The translations under genes were made by a program, and so were the position numbers. Of a stretch of DNA of 64,000 nucleotides, positions 61,831 through 64,000 are shown in pieces. The DNA comes from Candidatus Adlerbacteria bacterium (GTDB taxonomy: Bacteria > Patescibacteriota > Minisyncoccia > Phycocordibacterales > SBAW01), in contig PLCJ01000002.1 of the NCBI GenBank assembly GCA_003135635.1, positions 44,898 through 108,897 of the forward strand. The letters run 5' to 3'. The stretch's first letter is position 1. Each line of letters opens with the position of its first letter. Under the pieces are notes generated by a model. That model saw only the letters and a list, made by a program, of their open reading frames with translations. It had not been told where the DNA came from and ran no database searches.

Positions 61831-61859
61831 GTTCCAACATCGTACCAGACAGTCGGTCA
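61831..61859 (+). repeat. Site S5 (left arm plus variant core)
   Basis: gttccaacatcgtaccagac agtcggtca. Confidence 0.85.
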
Positions 61860-61926
61860 AAGATTTTAGTTTGTAAAATAAGATGGTTTTAAAACAAGAG
61901 AATCAGACGATAGAACCTAATTTGGT

Positions 61927-61968
61927 TTGACATCAAGAAGTAGTTTGGTAGTATCGCCGCAGAAGGAG
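61927..61968 (+). promoter_or_regulatory. Sigma70-type promoter and SD for 61977-62306
   Basis: TTGACA (61927) -16 nt- TAGTAT (61949); AAGGAG at 61963. Confidence 0.6.
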
Positions 61969-61976
61969 TACTACAC

Positions 61977-62306
61977 ATGCTTCCAACTATGGCAGAGCGT
62001 GTCGCCACTGGCGCGGGCCTGCTCGATAAAGTAAGACCCGGCTGGGCTCGTCAAATCTCGATCCCCGCCATGGACATGGGCGACGTCGGTTTCTGTGTGC
62101 TCGGCCAGATCTTTGGTGATTACACAACCGGACGCGTAACTCTTGGCCTCAGCAAGAAAGACACAATCGCCCACGGGCTCTTGCTTACATATGCCGGCAT
62201 GCCCGGGGAGGAGCAGTACAGCGAACTTGCCGCTCTCTGGCATCAGCAAATCAAACGTCGGAGGGGACTGCGTGCATTTGGCCATTTCATCTTGCCTGCC
62301 GGCTAG
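61977..62306 (+). CDS. Hypothetical protein, possibly phage-like (cassette 5)
   Basis: 109 aa with its own promoter, SD and terminator; ERV..GA.LLD..RPGW...CVLGQ.FG.Y. Confidence 0.7.
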   Translation: MLPTMAERVATGAGLLDKVRPGWARQISIPAMDMGDVGFCVLGQIFGDYTTGRVTLGLSKKDTIAHGLLLTYAGMPGEEQYSELAALWHQQIKRRRGLRAFGHFILPAG

Positions 62307-62323
62307 CAGTAGCTCCGCGCTCC

Positions 62324-62361
62324 ACAAAGAAGCTCCTCGCTTCTGTGTGGGGCTTCTTTGT
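62324..62361 (+). terminator. Rho-independent terminator-like hairpin
   Basis: acaaagaagctcc...ggggcttctttgt. Confidence 0.7.
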
Positions 62362-62447
62362 ATGTACCGAGTAAGGTAGTAGGTTAGAATGTCTACCAAG
62401 TCCTCACCACAACAAACCATGAATAATCCGAAAGGCTCACTAAAGAG

Positions 62448-62476
62448 GTTCTAACGTCGTCCAAGCCACGCAGCAA
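62448..62476 (+). repeat. Site S6 (diverged left arm plus core; distal attR-like boundary)
   Basis: gttctaacgtcgtccaagcc acgcagcaa. Confidence 0.6.
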
Positions 62477-62498
62477 AAAAAATTAAAAACTATGGGAA

Positions 62499-63383
62499 CT
62501 ATTGCACGGCATCAGTGAATATTACCAATCTTTGAGTATAGCTTAATTGGGACTGATTCCAGGTTCCTTCGCAAGTGATAAGAACGAGATGAGCGCCATT
62601 GTCTTGGGAGATAAAAACATCAGTAGCATCCGCTGTAGGATCGTACAGACGGCTCTCGCGAACCACGAAAGTGATTGTTTGTCCCTTGTCGTTTAGAACA
62701 TACAACTTGTCCCCCGGCAGTAACTCATTCAAATTATAAAACACGCCTTGTTTCGTCACTGTGCTGTTGCGTATCTGAGCAACATGCCCAGTAATAATGG
62801 CATTGCCTTCTTCTCCAGGGTGCGGACTGCCCGTATACCACCCCACATCGACAATATTGGTCGGTATTTCCATTGTCCCGTCCGACTTGAGACCAGTATA
62901 CTGGAAGCCTGCATCAATGTTGAGCTTTGGAATCATGAGACGCACGGGAGACCCGTCCCCATTGTTCGCGATGGCCATGCTTGTCGTTGCAACTGAAGTA
63001 GTCGTTGTTGCAACAGAACTTTGCACCCCTATTGCACTGATTGGTGCTTGCGGAGCAGTCGCGTTAATTTTCCTTCTCGAGATAGGGCCGAAAAAACCGG
63101 CTGGAGGATAAACACCTGCCAATGCCTGCCACGTGCTAACAGCAGTTCTGGTCAAGGGGCCAAAGTAACCTGTTGGGGTAACAATTTTTAGAAAACCGCT
63201 ATCAATTAAAAATTGTTGCAGGGCGGATACGTCGTTCCCATAACTCCCGAAAGCAAGGTTACGCGCAAACGAAAAAGTCGTTGAAGACGTGATGGATGAG
63301 AAATCCTGTGCACGCGCACCGCTTCCAATCATAAAGACACAAATGAGCAATACAATAAAACATATTTTATTCGACGCTCTCAT
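62499..63383 (-). CDS. Class F sortase-like protein with N-terminal peptidoglycan-binding domain
   Basis: DV.ALQQFL...TGYFGPLTR.AV..WQ; PVRL.IPKL, VGWY...HPGE.GNAIITGH, LVLITCEG, R. Confidence 0.85.
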   Translation of the reverse strand: MRASNKICFIVLLICVFMIGSGARAQDFSSITSSTTFSFARNLAFGSYGNDVSALQQFLIDSGFLKIVTPTGYFGPLTRTAVSTWQALAGVYPPAGFFGPISRRKINATAPQAPISAIGVQSSVATTTTSVATTSMAIANNGDGSPVRLMIPKLNIDAGFQYTGLKSDGTMEIPTNIVDVGWYTGSPHPGEEGNAIITGHVAQIRNSTVTKQGVFYNLNELLPGDKLYVLNDKGQTITFVVRESRLYDPTADATDVFISQDNGAHLVLITCEGTWNQSQLSYTQRLVIFTDAVQ

Positions 63384-63472
63384 AGGCTATACCATTATGC
63401 CATTATTTAAAAAGGATTTTCTAGGTAGGAGACTAGTACGATTGAAACTGTAGGCTGATATACTTGGCCTTG

Positions 63473-64000
63473 ATGGAGGAATCAAAAGCATATGTCGAAC
63501 ATACCGGCAGAGCGGTTGAAGATAATCGTTTTAGCCACATGATGGCCATTACACTTGACCCACGCTCTGCATATAAGCGAGGTGTCATTCGTTGCATTAC
63601 GAGCAGAGAAGGAAATGTTGCAGAAGAAGGATATATAGATAGAAGCGAACTGTATACGGTATCGGGAGATACACTCGAACACTTTACGGTTGGAGAGCGA
63701 TTACAGATTAAAAATGAGAAAGAAATTATAGAGCAACTGAGTAGAAAGGGGTTAGATTACCTCGGCCTTGAAGACCCAGATATTTGGATTGATGAAAATA
63801 TAGGATTAACGCACCTGTATTTTACGATACCCTTTATCAGTAAAGATAAGGACGAACAGCTCTCACAAATTCATCTGGGACATGCTGTTGGCAAAGATTT
63901 AGATTCTCTTGAAATGACCCTGCCGGCTCTCCAAGCAGATTTAAGTGGGAAAAATACTGCAAAAGAAGCTTCTATTGCACCCCTCAATAACAGGGGTATT
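63473..64000 (+). CDS. Partial ORF, possible beta-propeller glycoside hydrolase; runs off the window
   Basis: Open frame MEESKAYVEH... to the window end with GLEDPDI; TATACT 8 nt upstream. Confidence 0.55.
   Translation, partial: MEESKAYVEHTGRAVEDNRFSHMMAITLDPRSAYKRGVIRCITSREGNVAEEGYIDRSELYTVSGDTLEHFTVGERLQIKNEKEIIEQLSRKGLDYLGLEDPDIWIDENIGLTHLYFTIPFISKDKDEQLSQIHLGHAVGKDLDSLEMTLPALQADLSGKNTAKEASIAPLNNRGI

Larger units (their letters stand above)
58791..62476 (+). mobile_element. tRNA-Gln-anchored array of att-like sites with intervening gene cassettes
   Basis: Six related sites with cores at 58791, 59150, 59700, 60345, 61851 and 62468; see findings. Confidence 0.8.

Noticed and set aside
58791-62476. 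CRISPR array or classical integron attC array
   Set aside because: Spacers are 0.36-1.5 kb and contain genes; there are no cas or intI genes; sites lack the RYYYAAC...GTTRRRY attC ends and are centred on a tRNA 3' end.
1-64000. Alternative genetic code (TGA as Gly/Trp, as in Gracilibacteria and Absconditabacteria)
   Set aside because: Conserved genes are full-length under code 11, and several, such as gyrA, end at TGA.

Overview
This is a core chromosomal segment of a small-genome bacterium, most consistent with Patescibacteria/CPR (Parcubacteria-like). That call is inferred from streamlined IF2, S1, ValRS and RelA proteins, VirB2-like pilin arrays, few SD sites and dispersed single tRNAs; TGA is used as stop (code 11). 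The window holds about 55 CDS (translation, cell division, replication, chaperones), 15 tRNA genes and RNase P RNA. The most notable structure lies downstream of tRNA-Gln(TTG) at 58.8-62.5 kb. There, six related recombination-site-like sequences (a 20-bp arm and/or a 19-bp arm around a 9-bp core equal to the tRNA 3' end) separate small co-oriented units of mostly one gene each, with no integrase in the array. The arm geometry fits large serine recombinase attB/attP sites that would use the tRNA T-loop GTTCGA, so the locus looks like a tRNA-anchored, integron-like cassette array. A second remnant with the same arm family sits at tRNA-Leu(TAA), 36.1-37.8 kb. All product calls come from motif recognition; no database searches were run.
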